DNA from: Eledone cirrhosa
Lineage: Eukaryota
Assembly: GCA_964016885.1 (NCBI GenBank)
Contig: OZ024740.1
Location: 291,586,001-291,650,000 of the forward strand
Direction: 5' to 3'
DNA: 64,000 nucleotides
Made by a program: the position numbers and the translations under genes. The notes under the pieces were generated by a model. The model saw only the letters and a list, made by a program, of their open reading frames with translations. It did not search any database and had not been told where the DNA came from. Shown piece after piece: positions 23,609 to 36,709 of the stretch (the first letter of the stretch is position 1; every line of letters starts with the position of its first letter).

Positions 23609-23985
23609 TTAACCCCTTTGTTGTTATATTTCTAAAGAAATACACCACCAATTTGTTTCAATTAATTGTGAAAATAACAAAATTTAACAAAATAACTAAC
23701 TTTTTTATCAATAATCTGATGTTTAGCGCATTATTCTCGAGTCCCAAATAGTGCCCCCCCCCCCACACACACACACCGCTTATTAATTTTTCAGATTATT
23801 TTTTCCCACTTAACCCCCGCTTTTATTCCAAACACCCTATTATTTGGGACCCAGGAGTGCTTAATAAAAATTTCTGAAATAAAATTATGATGGTGGGTTT
23901 TAATATAAATACAAACACTTTAAAACAGGCAGGTTTGTATTATAAAACCAGGGTTGTTTTAAATGGGTTGGTAACAAAAGGGCTA
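23609..23985. mobile_element. TTAA MITE family 2 with nested short TA MITE (23732-23859)
   Basis: ttaacccctttg...tatatttcta start and ttggtaacaaaagggcta end; relatives at 37633-37795, 38172-38403, 56394-56632 and 56946-57202. Confidence 0.55.
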
Positions 23986-24587
23986 GTAAAGAATGGTTTT
24001 AATGAAATTTGGCTGCTATTTCCAGCTAGTCAAGCAACTGACTAAAGACTCGACGATTAGGTTTTGAGCCTTCACTGCTTCACTGTAGTTATGCCACGTC
24101 ATTTACTACCAATCATTTTTAGGAGCAAACACACTCCACCCAACTCTGTGGTTGATTTAATATTGGTATTATAAGAAGTTTTTGTTTCTGTTTTGTGATT
24201 TTTGTTTTATTTATATGACAACAGAAAACTTGTAGTAAGTCATTTGAAGTTGTTGGTTTACAAGATTTTAAGGCATTAAGGTGTCTCGAAAGGTTAACAT
24301 AAACTATAAACATATCTCTGACATGTTATTGCTACTGTTTAGCTTTAGGTCAGTCAGCACTGATCTATTGCATTCTAGCTGTGATCATTGTCAAATCTTA
24401 TCTTGTTGGAAATATTTACAGTAAACTAAAGAAAAGACTTTCATTTTTATTGTGATGTAGTTATAGTGTGGTTTTGTACTTTTCATGACTTACTTGCTAA
24501 ATTGGCTTCATGCAGTCTAGGACATTAATCCCTTTTGATCCCAAACTGCTTGAACTAAATTATATTTCAAACTGCTTGAAACCACAC

Positions 24588-25555
24588 TGGATTTATCATA
24601 CAAAACTTCTCATTTTAAAATGTTTATCCTTATATCAAACCCTTCCATCATAATTTTATTTTGGAAATTTGTCGTAAGTAATGTTCTAAATATCAGCTTA
24701 CAAATGAAAAACTGAGTTATTTTATTGAATTCCTACAAATTATTGATCATTTTCTAAAAATTAGAACACAGACAGCATATATCATTAGAAATGTGGTAAT
24801 GAAGATTCTTTGAGAGCAAAACATTTCTGATAAAAAGTTGGCTTACCCTTGTGAAATATATATGGCTTAGTGGTTAGAACATTGGGCTTGCAATCAAAAG
24901 GTTGTGAGTTCAATTCTCGGACCGGGTGGTGTGTTGTTTCATTGAGCAAGACACTTTATTTCACATTGCTCCAGTTTACTCAGCTGTAGAAATGTGGTCA
25001 TGGAGGTGCCACGGCAAAAAAGCACCCAGCCCACACTGTAAAGTGGACGTGTAGGCGCCATGGATAAAAAGCACCCAGCACTCACTGTAAATGAGGTTGG
25101 TGTTAGGAAGGGCATCCAGCTGTAGAAATCAAGCCAGAATCAGTTCCCGTATGAGCAAGACAAGGCCAGCTGACTGGACACTGCCCACAACAAGACAACC
25201 CGTCTAACTCATACTAGCGTGAAAGAATGGACGTAAAATGGTGATGATGATGATGATGATATGGCAGTGTTAGATTCTGCATGTACTCATGCAATTGCCA
25301 GAGAGCTCTGGTTAAAATTATTTCTAGGTACACTGAGTAGTGATAAAGAGATTGTCAAGATTAGTAAACTTGGCAGGATTTGGTAATGAAATATCAGTAC
25401 ATTAGTCAAGTTTTCTCTTATTACACAATGTGTAAGAACTTATATTGAAGCAGAAATTGTGAAAAATTGTTTATCTCTACTACTAAAGCATAAAGCCGTG
25501 AAAACTAATGGAATGGTTCTAGACTTTAAAATTGATTGTGGTAGGATTTTAGGTT
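24588..25555 (+). repeat. Left arm of local inverted duplication (interrupted by a SINE)
   Basis: 24588-24861 and 25258-25555 are the reverse complement of 29188-29672. Confidence 0.9.
24862..25260 (+). mobile_element. SINE family 1, long tail
   Basis: A/B boxes, central domain, RTE-derived tail, (GAT)n. Confidence 0.9.
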
Positions 25556-25639
25556 ATTTTCAAAATAGATTGAAATTCATAAGCAGTGTATTTCATTAGA
25601 ACTACAGTAATAAAAGGTTTAAGAGTTAATTTGATTGTT

Positions 25640-25915
25640 AGGTGGTATGGTGGTGGTGGTGGTATGGTAGTGGTGGTGGTATGGTAATGGTGGTGCTGGT
25701 GATGGTGGTAGTATGGTGGTGGCGGGGGTGGTTTGTATGGTGGGGGTGATGGTGGTAGTATGGTGGGGGGGGATAGTATGGTTGTGGTGATGGTGGGGTG
25801 GAGGTGGGGGTGGGGGTGATGACAGTGGTGGTAGTATGGTAGTGGTGCCTGTAGTAGTGATGGTGGTGGCAGTGGTGATGAGGTTATGATGATGGTGGGG
25901 ATGGTGATGATGACA
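25640..25915 (+). repeat. Degenerate (GGT)n microsatellite
   Basis: Directly visible. Confidence 0.85.
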
Positions 25916-26119
25916 ATATTAATCCTTTCAACTCAAGGACTCAATTACTTCTTACTTTCGAACTTATCCAATGATGATTTTCTCTGATGATTAGTTTTGC
26001 ATCTTCTATAGCTCTACCAAAATTGATAGTTGGTAATCAATGATTGATTGCTTAGATTGATTTTTGCTTAGGTTTACGAACTATGAAATGGAACCATAAG
26101 GAAAATATAACTTTTCCAC

Positions 26120-26333
26120 CTTAACCCGGCAATACCTGGCCAGAATTCTCTCACCCCTTTCTGTTCAAACCGGTCATAATCAGCCGATCATCCTGATGTT
26201 GAGGTATTGTTATCAAAATAAATAATATCAAAATCTTATAGATTCGATATTATGTGGTATAATTATGTGAAGTAAGCCTTTACCATGAAAATATAACATT
26301 ACATATAGAATAATATAAATGCAAAAGGGTTAA
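26120..26333. mobile_element. TTAA MITE family 1
   Basis: Body matches 47133-47351; ends aaatgcaaaaggg-ttaa. Confidence 0.7.
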
Positions 26334-26554
26334 AATATATACATTTTCCTAAATATTATATGCTTTATATATATATGCACAAAATACTATGTGTTTCTCT
26401 AATGATATATATATCATATAATTTGAATTATTGATGCCCTGTTCAAACGTCCATTCAGCTTTTCAGCTGAGAAATATATTCATCATTCATACTATATATG
26501 TTATGATCCTTTAAATTAGTATATATATACACAGAGACACACACACACATGTGA

Positions 26555-26588
<34 letters not shown>

Positions 26589-27268
26589 GCATACATATAT
26601 ATATTGTAAAGGTTGTTGACTATATAAAAGGGAGCAGTAATCATTTAAAAAATTTCATGGCAATAATGTTTTAATGGCTTAGTCAGAAGAACAGAAGAAG
26701 GGCAGCTCTCATGACCCTTTTTAGGGGCTTCAAAACTAGTGGGAAGAAAAAGGAAGTTATCCTCATACCAAAGACCAGGACAGAATCTTTACAACAGAAT
26801 ACATGCCATTAAAAGCACCCAAGGGCCAAGTTTCAGTGTCAATTTCCACTCAGTTTGTTACTACTAAATTTCACTTGCAAGGCTTGGATTTATTCAAGGC
26901 AGTGCTAGAGACATTTGTCCAAGATGTCACACAAAGATTGAACCCAAAATGACAGGTCAAAAAAAGGGATTATCTTTAAGAAGGATAATCCAAGGTGCTA
27001 CACAGAGATTGAACCCAAAACTATATGCAATAAATGGAAAAAAGGAGAATATCCTTAAGAATCTAAGAACAGTTGTTGAGTGGATTATCATTTAGAATAT
27101 GTTATGATTATGATGAGCTTTATTTTAGAATGGCACAAACCTTTGAGGCCGGTGCCATGACCCAGTGTTTAACATTCTCTGAGTCTGAGAATCATTTGTG
27201 ATGGCTATTTTAAACATTCTATGAGTGCTTTTAAGTTTTTTAACCATCATGTGAATGTAAACTTCCTG

Positions 27269-28637
27269 CACAAAATTAGATTTAGAACTACACAAAATTA
27301 GATTTAGAGGTACACAAAATTAGATTTAGAGCTACACAAAATTAGATTTAGAGGTACACAAAATTAGATTTAGAACTACACAAAATTAGATTGAGAGCTA
27401 CACAAAATTAGATTTAGAACTACACAAAATTAGATTTAGAGCTACTCAAAATTAAATTTAGAACTACACAAAATTAGATTTAGAACTACACAAAATTAGA
27501 TTTAGAGCTACTCAAAATTAGATTTAGAACTACACAAAATTAGATTTAGAACTACACAAAATTAGATTTAGAACTACACAAAATTAGATTTAGAGCTACT
27601 CAAAATTAGATTTAGAACTACACAAAATTAGATTTAGAACTACACAAAATTAGATTTAGAGCTACTCAAAATTAAATTTAGAACTACACAAAATTAGATT
27701 TAGAACTACACAAAATTAGATTTAGAACTACACAAAATTAGATTTAGAACTACACAAAATTAGATTTAGAACTACACAAAATTAGATTTAGAACTACACA
27801 AAATTAGATTTAGAGGTACACAAAATTAGATTTAGAACTACACAAAATTAGATTTAGAACTACACAAAATTAGATTTAGAACTACACAAAATTAGATTTA
27901 GAGCTACTCAAAATTAGATTTAGAACTACACAAAATTAGATTTAGAACTACACAAAATTAGATTTAGAACTACACAAAATTAGATTTAGAACTACACAAA
28001 ATTAGATTTAGAACTACACAAAATTAGATTTAGAACTACACAAAATTAGATTTAGAACTACACAAAATTAGATTTAGAGCTACACAAAATTAGATTTAGA
28101 GCTACACAAAATTAGATTTAGAGGTACTCAAAATTAGATTTAGAACTACACAAAATTAGATTTAGAACTACACAAAATTAGATTTAGAACTACACAAAAT
28201 TAGATTTAGAGCTACACAAAATTAGATTTAGAGCTACACAAAATTAGATTTAGAGGTACACAAAATTAGATTTAGAGCTACACAAAATTAGATTTAGAGC
28301 TACACAAAATTAGATTTAGAGCTACACAAAATTAGATTTAGAACTACACAAAATTAGATTTAGAGCTACACAAAATTAGATTTAGAGGTACACAAAATTA
28401 GATTTAGAGGTACACAAAATTAGATTTAGAGGTACACAAAATTAGATTTAGAGGTACACAAAATTAGATTTAGAGGTACACAAAATTAGATTTAGAGCTA
28501 CACAAAATTAGATTTAGAACTACACAAAATTAGATTTAGAGGTACACAAAATTAGATTTAGAACTACACAAAATTAGATTTAGAGCTACACAAAATTAGA
28601 TTTAGAGCTACACAAAATTAGATTTAGAGCTACACAA
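27269..28637 (+). repeat. 22-bp satellite, about 62 copies
   Basis: Unit caaaattagatttagaactaca with aac/agc/agg variants. Confidence 0.98.
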
Positions 28638-29187
28638 GCAGGCGTCAACTGCATGTTTATATAATCACCGATTTCTAAGACTGAATCCTTTAATATAGTA
28701 ATCAGTGAATTTTAGCCTTTAAATGATGACATGGAAAGTTTGTCAGAAATGAAAGTTTGTTATATACAGTATGTGGAGAAAATATCAATAATATAAATTA
28801 TTCATATTTTTAAAGAAATTTCATCAATTTTAGAGAATCTCATATATCCAATTTAGAAGTTTAATATATTTGCATTAACTTAATTGCTTTATTATAATAT
28901 ATATATATTGGTAGGCTGAGCACAAACCTAAAACCTATTTTCACTCAGGATTGTCTAATATTCATGGAAGAGTGGATGGATTTGTTGTTGTTATTTAGTC
29001 CCAGGTTATTTAGTCCCAGTTTTTCAGTTATGACCATCCTGTTGATTGTGGTTTATCTCTCTTTGTTTATACATAGGAAGTATTGGTAGTAGCTGTAAAT
29101 GTAAAATTAGTGTTTACAATAACTAAAGCACTGAGAAGTAAAAAGTTTTACAGAGGTAGCAGAGCATAGTTTTCAGTTTTACAGATC

Positions 29188-29672
29188 AACCTAAAATCCT
29201 ACCACAAACGTTTTTAAAGTCTAGAACCATTCCATCAGTTTTCACGGCTTTATGGTTTAGTAGTAGAGATAAACAATTTTTCACAATTTCTGCTTCAATA
29301 TAAGTTCTTACACATTGTGTAATAACAGAAAACTTGATCAATTTACTGTCTCTGGCAATTGCATGAGTACATGCAGAATCTAACACTACCATATCAAATA
29401 TATATTTCACAAGGGTAAGGCATCTTTTTATCAGAAATATTTTGCTATCAAAGAATCTTCATTACCACATTTCTAATGATATATGCTGCCTGTGTTCTAA
29501 TTTTTAGAAAATGATTAAAAACTTTGTAGGAATTTAATAAAATAACTCAGTTTTTCATTAGTAAGCTGATATTTAGAACATTACTTAACAAACATTTCTA
29601 AAATAAAATCTTAATGGAAGGTTTTAATATAAGGATAACATTTTAAAATGAGTAAACTTTGTATCATAAATT
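29188..29672 (-). repeat. Right arm of local inverted duplication
   Basis: e.g. gataaacaatttttcacaatttctgcttcaatataagttcttacacattgtgtaataa is the exact reverse complement of 25419-25476. Confidence 0.9.
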
Positions 29673-30044
29673 CAGAGCAGATTCAGGTGGTTTGGTATTA
29701 AAAAAGGTTAAACAATCCTTACTGTAACAGGAGTTTTTGATAGGATGTTGAATAGTGTTGTATGTATTTGAACAGATTCTACTTACAGTATTAATGTCTT
29801 TTATATGACAGATTCTGACAAAGTGGCTAATGGAGGACATACACTTAAAACATTGCAAGATCTTATCTTCACTGCACATGAGATTTAAACTAGTATGATA
29901 AGATTTAGAGTTGCCTCTTCCTCTATTAAATCATTTACCATCTTTTCCTATCACTTGAAGAAGCCTTAAATTAACTCGTTTAATACCAACTTGTCTGAAA
30001 CAACATCGGATTTATGATAGACAATTGCTCATTTTAAAATGTTC

Positions 30045-30530
30045 ATCATTATCATCATTATTATCGTTCTCATCATCATCCTCACTGTTTTACATCCACA
30101 TTTCCACGTTAGCATGGGTTAGACGAGTTGTACTATTGTGGGAAATGTTAGGTCAGGTGACCATGTCTTGCTCATACAGAACTGATTTGGGCTTGGTTTC
30201 TACAGCTGGATGCCCTTCCTAACGCCAACCTCATTTACTGGGTGCTTTTTGTTGTGACACCTACACGACCACTTTACAGTATTGACTGGGTGCTTTTTGT
30301 TGTGACACCTACACGACCACTTTACAGTATTGACTGGGTGCTTTTTGTTGTGACACCTACACGACCACTTTACAGTGTGGGCTGGGTGCTTTTTGTTGTG
30401 ACACCTACACAACCACTTTACAGTGGGAGGGTGTGGGGGACATACAGTGTATGTGCATCAGCTTTGGCCTGTGCCCATGGGAAGTCAGGTCTTCTGTTTT
30501 ACTGCGTATTGCCAGAGATCTCGGTCCTGT
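30045..30530 (-). mobile_element. RTE 3' end with 4 tandem 48-bp UTR units
   Basis: Four copies of ctgggtgctttttgttgtgacacctacacgaccactttacagt at 30238-30425; (ATC)n tail side at 30045. Confidence 0.8.
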
Positions 30531-30739
30531 TCATACTTATATTAAAACCTTTCATCACAATTTTATTTAAGAAATTCTTGTAAAATGATGTTTCATACAT
30601 AAGCTTACTAATGAAAAGATTAGCTTTCTCTTTAAATTCTTCAAATCTTCAAAATCAATTGATACACATAGGTAATGTATTTCATTAGAAACACAGTACA
30701 TATGTATATATGTACATACATAAGTATGTGTGAATGGAC

Positions 30740-30975
30740 CCATACCTCCAGCTGGAATTGTAGTGGTGTTGTAATGGCAAGTCCTGGTTTTTTTAAAAAT
30801 CTGGCAGAACCCATCCCCTCTCCAGGTTTCAACATAGACGATTTCTTCCAGAGAAGGAGAAGGAGAGTAATAGAGAGGAACTGAGAAAGAAACATAGAGG
30901 AAGCATTGACCCTAGTACTAGACTGGTTCTTTTTTATCGACCTTGAATGGATGAAAGACAACATTGACCTTGAGA
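30740..30975. mobile_element. Dispersed repeat joined to an old SINE-2-like part
   Basis: tctggcagaacccatcccctctccaggtt..gatttctt recurs at 55304-55420 and inverted at 47590-47705 and 61760-61980. Confidence 0.55.
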
Positions 30976-31401
30976 AATAAAGTAACAAAAGGGTTAATCT
31001 AATCTTGTTAATGATTGTCATCTAAGAGTTGATGAGCCAAGAATTGAAGAAATGGTGATCAAGGAAACTGAAATAGAATGAATCAAAGGTTGTAAGCAGA
31101 TTTGAGACCATCTACCGAAGCCTGAAGCTTCTATTGAACTTCATAGAGACATACTCCGCTGGTGACTACTCTTATGTTTATTCTAGATAAAACATCCATT
31201 TGGACAATAGTTATGAAAATGTTGTTTGTTGGCATTTGAGTTCTATAGACTTTGGCATTGCCCTTTGTATATTTTGTACATACAACCCTATTTAATTCTT
31301 AACACCCTGCTCCACATGAAACCAGATTAGCAAAACATTAATGGAAAGTACAAAATGGCATTAAGGCTGTATCACATTAAACATTTTTTTACTCTAAAAC
31401 T

Positions 31402-31642
31402 CAGGGGCGGTGGAAGCATTTCTGAATTGGGGGTGCCAAATTTGGTCAATTTAATTGCTGTTATTATCAAATATCCAGTAAGATATAAAAAATGTTGATA
31501 TGTGATAAACATAATATGTACATATATTGTAACGCATATACAAATAGATATGTGTTTTGGTAGTTTAGGGAGAAAAATATAATTATTGGGAGGAGAGGGA
31601 TGGCATCTCCCCCCCCCCCCCCCCTCCATTCTACTGCCCCTG
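31402..31642. mobile_element. MITE with CAGGGGCGG termini
   Basis: caggggcggtggaa / ttctactgcccctg imperfect TIR; no TSD recognised. Confidence 0.6.
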
Positions 31643-32232
31643 AAGAAGAGTACAAACAGCAAGAAATCTCATTTGTGAGTTAAGTAAAAGTCTTCACTGA
31701 ACATTACGAATAGCAAGAAATCTTATTTATGAGTTAAGTAAAGTGTGTGTCTGGAGGGGGGGGGGGGGGGTGCAGAATTAAACTATTATATGATGCATTA
31801 CTGGAACCAGAGATTAGGACTGGAAACCCCAGAGGAGGAGACCAATAATGTTGATGTTGGATTCATCTTTTTTAAACATAGGAGTCAAAAGGGGAGGGGT
31901 CTGAAAATACAAAATTAGTATTCTTCTTTTGTTTAAACATGGGAGAATTTAAAGTGGGGGATGGGACTGAAAAGGCAAAGTTGGTATATATAATAGCTAA
32001 CCACTGAGAGGTCCGTACAGGAGAAAGCTTCACACATTTCATCTTATCTTCAACTACGACAGTGTCTAATATGTCCTATCTGAATGGTGTGATTTCAGTG
32101 CATCTGATTGTTATTTCTAGCAGGTGTCATTGTTGATTAAAACAGATCAGTCCTGATCAAACAAACCTATTATAAAAGACATTCCAGCTGTGCCCATCCC
32201 ATACATATCACACAGATTACAATGCATTCTCT

Positions 32233-32593
32233 TTTAACTCTTTAGCATTTACATTACTCTATATTTACTATTATATTTTCATAGTAAAAGCTTAACCTCA
32301 CATAATTATCTCACATAATATCGAATCTATGAGATTTTGATATTATCTATTTTGAGAATAATACCTTATGAATAATTGTTTCTACTTTAGGCACAAGGCC
32401 AGCAATTACCCAGTACATTACTGGTACTTTATTTTATCGACCCCGTAAGGATGAAAGGCAAAGTTAACCTCGGCGGGATTTGAACTCAGAATGTGAATAA
32501 TATCAGTATGAGCAACCAGTTACAGCCAGTTTGAACAGAAAGAAGTGAGAAAATTCTGGCCAGATACGGCTGGTTTAAATGTTAAAGGGTTAA
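32233..32593. mobile_element. TTAA MITE family 1 with nested SINE family 2 fragment (about 32375-32490, minus)
   Basis: ttaactctttagcatttac...aatgttaaaggg-ttaa; insert flanked by a tgaataat duplication. Confidence 0.75.
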
Positions 32594-32979
32594 AAAAGGA
32601 GGGTGAGATTTGAGGGATATTTAGCTGTTATTTCTAGCAGATTGGGCCATCTTATTGACCCAAGAATCTCTTTTACTTATAAAGATGGTTCTGTTTTGAA
32701 TGTGTTTCTATTGCTGTGTCACAGAACTCAATATATTGTGAATACTGCTACAACCAAGATACAGAAACATGCATGCTTTGTAAATCATAATATCAGATGC
32801 TTTATTACTTTATTTCTGTATTATTGCGTCAGTGTTAATATGAAGTTGGCTAAACATATTTTAACATCTGACTCAATACTGCTATCAATATGGTTGCCAA
32901 TAGCATTTATCTCCACCATCTTTATTGAATAAATCCATGAGGAACCAAACAAGTATTCTGATGATTATAAAATGTGCCT

Positions 32980-33312
32980 ATTATGTTATGTGTATATTAT
33001 GTTATGTGTATATTATGTTATGTGTATATTATGTTATGTGTATATTATGTTATGTGTATATTATGTTATCTGTATATTATTTTATGTGTATATTTTAAGT
33101 TATGTGTATATTATGTTGTATGTATATTGTGTGTATATTATGTTATGTGTATATTATGTTATGTGTATATTATGTTATGTGTATATTATGTTATCTGTAT
33201 ATTATTTTATGTGTATATTTTAAGTTATGTGTATATTATGTTGTATGTATATTGTGTGTATATTATGTTATGTTATGTGTATGTTATGAATAGGTTATGT
33301 ATATGTTATGTG
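32980..33312 (+). repeat. 16-bp minisatellite
   Basis: Unit ttatgttatgtgtata with an internal ~120 bp higher-order duplication. Confidence 0.9.
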
Positions 33313-33601
33313 TAAGTCGTGTTTTATCAGAATGTGTTGAGTAAGATCCAGTGTATATAATGTATTGTGTATTTACATATGTCTACAAATACATGATCGT
33401 GTTTATGTGGGTTTGTATTATATTACATATCAATATATCAATTTATTATCTATGTATGTCTCTGTGTAATGTATTGCTATTGTTTTTATGTTAATGTTCA
33501 TGGCCTCAAAACTTTATTCTGGAAATTCTTAATTTACTTTCACAGAATTGAAATATACATAAATATGTGAACACACACACATTCACACACACACACACAC
33601 A

Positions 33602-33635
<34 letters not shown>

Positions 33636-34408
33636 TATCATCATCATCATCATTCGTTTAATGTCCATTTTTCACTGTTAATAAATGTCAGACAAGTTTT
33701 CACAGACCAAGTCAGGACACAAACATGCTACTGACCTCCCAGACAGGCTGAGGGTATACAACTCACATATGTTACCCCACTCTACCAAGTACATTTTAAC
33801 ATGACTCCAACACTAGAGAGCTTGTTGTGCTGTTGATAGAACTGATTGGACCTCTCAACCCTTTTAGCATGGTTTCTACTGGGTAATTCCCTTCCTATCA
33901 CCAACCACTATACATATATGTGTAGTGACGAATACACACACACAGACACAGACGCACATGCATACATATATATAAATATATACGCATATATATATATATA
34001 CATACATATATATATATATACAAAAACATATATATACTAGCTGGTCCCGTGCCATCAAAAATGACGGCTAATTGTAATATCTATATGTAATATATAAAAA
34101 GAGATGTTTGTTTGTTGGTTCCTTCGTGCTCACTCACACAAGTGATACAAGCACACAAACACACAACCAATGTGTGTAGCCAATTCGCTACACATATACA
34201 CACACACACACATGTGTGACGAATCTTAGAATGCTGGACTTCTATAGTATCTCAACACCCCTCCTTCCTCAGTCATCACATAGATGTGTGTCTGTTTATA
34301 TACATGTATGTGTAGGTGTGTGTGTATTTGTAATTCTATCGTCTATGTATCTTTCTAAATAAACACACACAAACACATATACACTCACACAAATAGTATA
34401 TATAAATA

Positions 34409-35087
34409 CTAGCTGAAGCACCCGGCTATGCCCAGGAGAACAGTTAAGAGAAGATGGATAAAAGAGAAAACGACTGTATTGGATGTGTTGTCTGGTATGA
34501 GGTGAGACTGTAATGTGTGTGTGTGTGTGTGTTTGAGTGTATGTGAGAGAGATATAAAAAAAAAACAATCATAAAACTTCCTTATTAGGCTGGGGGAGTA
34601 AACTGCCAATTAAATGGTATCATTGGCCTTGGATTTTAAATGTTGTGAAATAACCATAGTCAGTATGATCTTTTTCAGCTCCAAAGGACGTCATCTGAAA
34701 CACAGCAATATACTGCATAACATTGCTTCTGACGTGTTGCTTTGTTAGTACGGACTGTAAGTAGTATATGAATAAAAACTGGAGAGTAGATTAATTTCAA
34801 ATAGTATTAATTTTTCTTTGTTCTGTAAAATCAAAGATTGTAAAACGACTTTATAAAAGCTAACGCAATATTGTTAAACCTTCAACTGATACTTTTGTGG
34901 GACATCTCTCTCTCTCTCTCTCTGAATATCTAGCACTCTAATTGTATCTCCTGCTGTATAATCGTCTATTTCTCTCTTTCTGTCTCTCTCTCTTTCGATG
35001 TGTGTGTGTGTGTGTGTACGTGTGTGTAGTTTTTGTGTGATTCAACCAACCAACCAATAAACATCTTTCTTTTATATTATATATAGA
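34409..35087 (-). mobile_element. Non-autonomous Helitron
   Basis: Minus strand starts A|TCTATATATAATATAAAAG at 35087 and ends CCTGGGCATAGCCGGG-TGCTTCAG-CTAG|T at 34409: 5' TC, subterminal hairpin, 3' CTAG, A|T target. Confidence 0.7.
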
Positions 35088-35297
35088 TGATTTACACAAA
35101 CACAGATATACACACACACAAACACTGACATAATCATAACAGTCAATGTGTGTAACCAATCCACTATACATACACACACACACACAGGTGTAGCAAATAT
35201 TAGAGGCTGCTTTCTGTAGTTTGTCATCACCCCTTCCTTCCTCAATTATCTCAAGTGCATGACTGACAAATACACATTAGCTATTATTATTTAGTGA

Positions 35298-35422
35298 TGC
35301 CAGTCTGAGTTCAAATCCCGCCGAGGTTGACTTTGCCTTTCATCCTTACGAGGTCGATAAAATAAAGTACCAGTAATACACTGGGTAATTGCTGGCCTTG
35401 TGCCTAACGTAGAAACAATTAT
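35298..35422 (+). mobile_element. SINE family 2, 5'-truncated
   Basis: gagttcaaatcccgccgaggttgactttgcctttcatcc..gtcgataaaataaagtaccag; flanked by an attatttagtga duplication. Confidence 0.85.
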
Positions 35423-35427
35423 TTAGT

Positions 35428-35807
35428 GAAGGCGCATGGGTTAGTGGTTAGAGCATTGGGCTTGCAATCGAAAGGTTGTGAGTTCAATTCTCGGACCGGG
35501 TGATGTGTTGTTTCCTTGAGCAAGACACTTTATTTCACATTGCTCCAGTTTACTCAGCTGTAGAAATGAGATGATAGGGACTGGGGTCCCTATCATTCCA
35601 CTGCAAAGTGGTCATGGAGGTGCCACGGCAAAAAAGCAGGTTGGTGTTAGGAAGGGCATCCAGCTGTAGAAATCAAGCCAGAATCAGTTCCCATATGAGC
35701 AAGACAAGGTCAGCCGACCGGACACTGCCCACAACAGAACAACCTGTCTAACCCATACTAGCGTGGAAGAACGGACGTAAAATGGTGATGATGATGATGA
35801 TGATGAT
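35428..35807 (+). mobile_element. SINE family 1, long tail
   Basis: As at 11376-11815, with an internal deletion of 48-bp units. Confidence 0.9.
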
Positions 35808-36709
35808 ATATATGTGGTTGATGACTGAAAGAAAGGAGTATTCAATACCAAAGTAGAATTTTAGTATTAATTATGTTAAGGCTCATCAGACAAGATGTTC
35901 TTGTCTGATAAGCCTCTTTTCTCTGAGCCATCAACTACATACGGATATATAAATACACACACACACATATATACACACACATACACACACACACACATAT
36001 ATATATATACAAAAGGCAAACAAAAATAACAAAGCAAATGACACAGTACAAGGAAGAAATATATTATTAGTTTTACACTTAATGTTTCGGACAGAAGTCC
36101 TTCATAAAATCGAATGAGAAATTAAAGAAGAAATTGAAAGATAGAGGAGCCGGGCAGTGGCAGAAATGAAATAAATTTCTAGAGAAAAAACAGGTCTATT
36201 CATGTCACCATCTCTTGGAATATATATAAATATAATCCCTCTATTCCATTCACCATACAATACCACTATGTAAAAATGAATGACATTTGGTCTGTTCAAA
36301 CACAATCCCTCCACCATTTGTCATTATTCTCCTTATCACCACTAACTCTCTAGCTTTCTCTCACCACCACTCATCTATCTCTCTATATTTCTATATCTGT
36401 ATCATCTCAATCGCTATATCATGAAGGAGGGCATCTGGTCTGTCCATGTTCAAGGCCTTGCCATCACCCTTAATTAATATATTAGTGTATTACAATTTCA
36501 TTATCCTCAAATTATGTGTGACAATAAATAAATTATTTATAAAGCTACTATCAAGTGTCAACTTAGATTATTTCTTCTCGCAGATTGTGTATATATATTT
36601 TAGCAAGTTTCCTAATTACAGTCCCATAAACTCAAAATTAGGTACAAAAATAATATTAAGTAGGTTAGAATTAGCCAGATTAAAAGTTATTAAACGTATC
36701 TATATTAAA

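Noticed and set aside
29812-29892. Plus-strand exon candidate ILTKWLMEDIHLKHCKILSSLHMRFKL
   Set aside because: Weak donor, and it overlaps an equally plausible minus-strand candidate; cannot be supported.
36446-36709. N-terminal part of the 265-aa ORF
   Set aside because: RTE homology starts only near 36710; the upstream part is chance read-through from flanking sequence.
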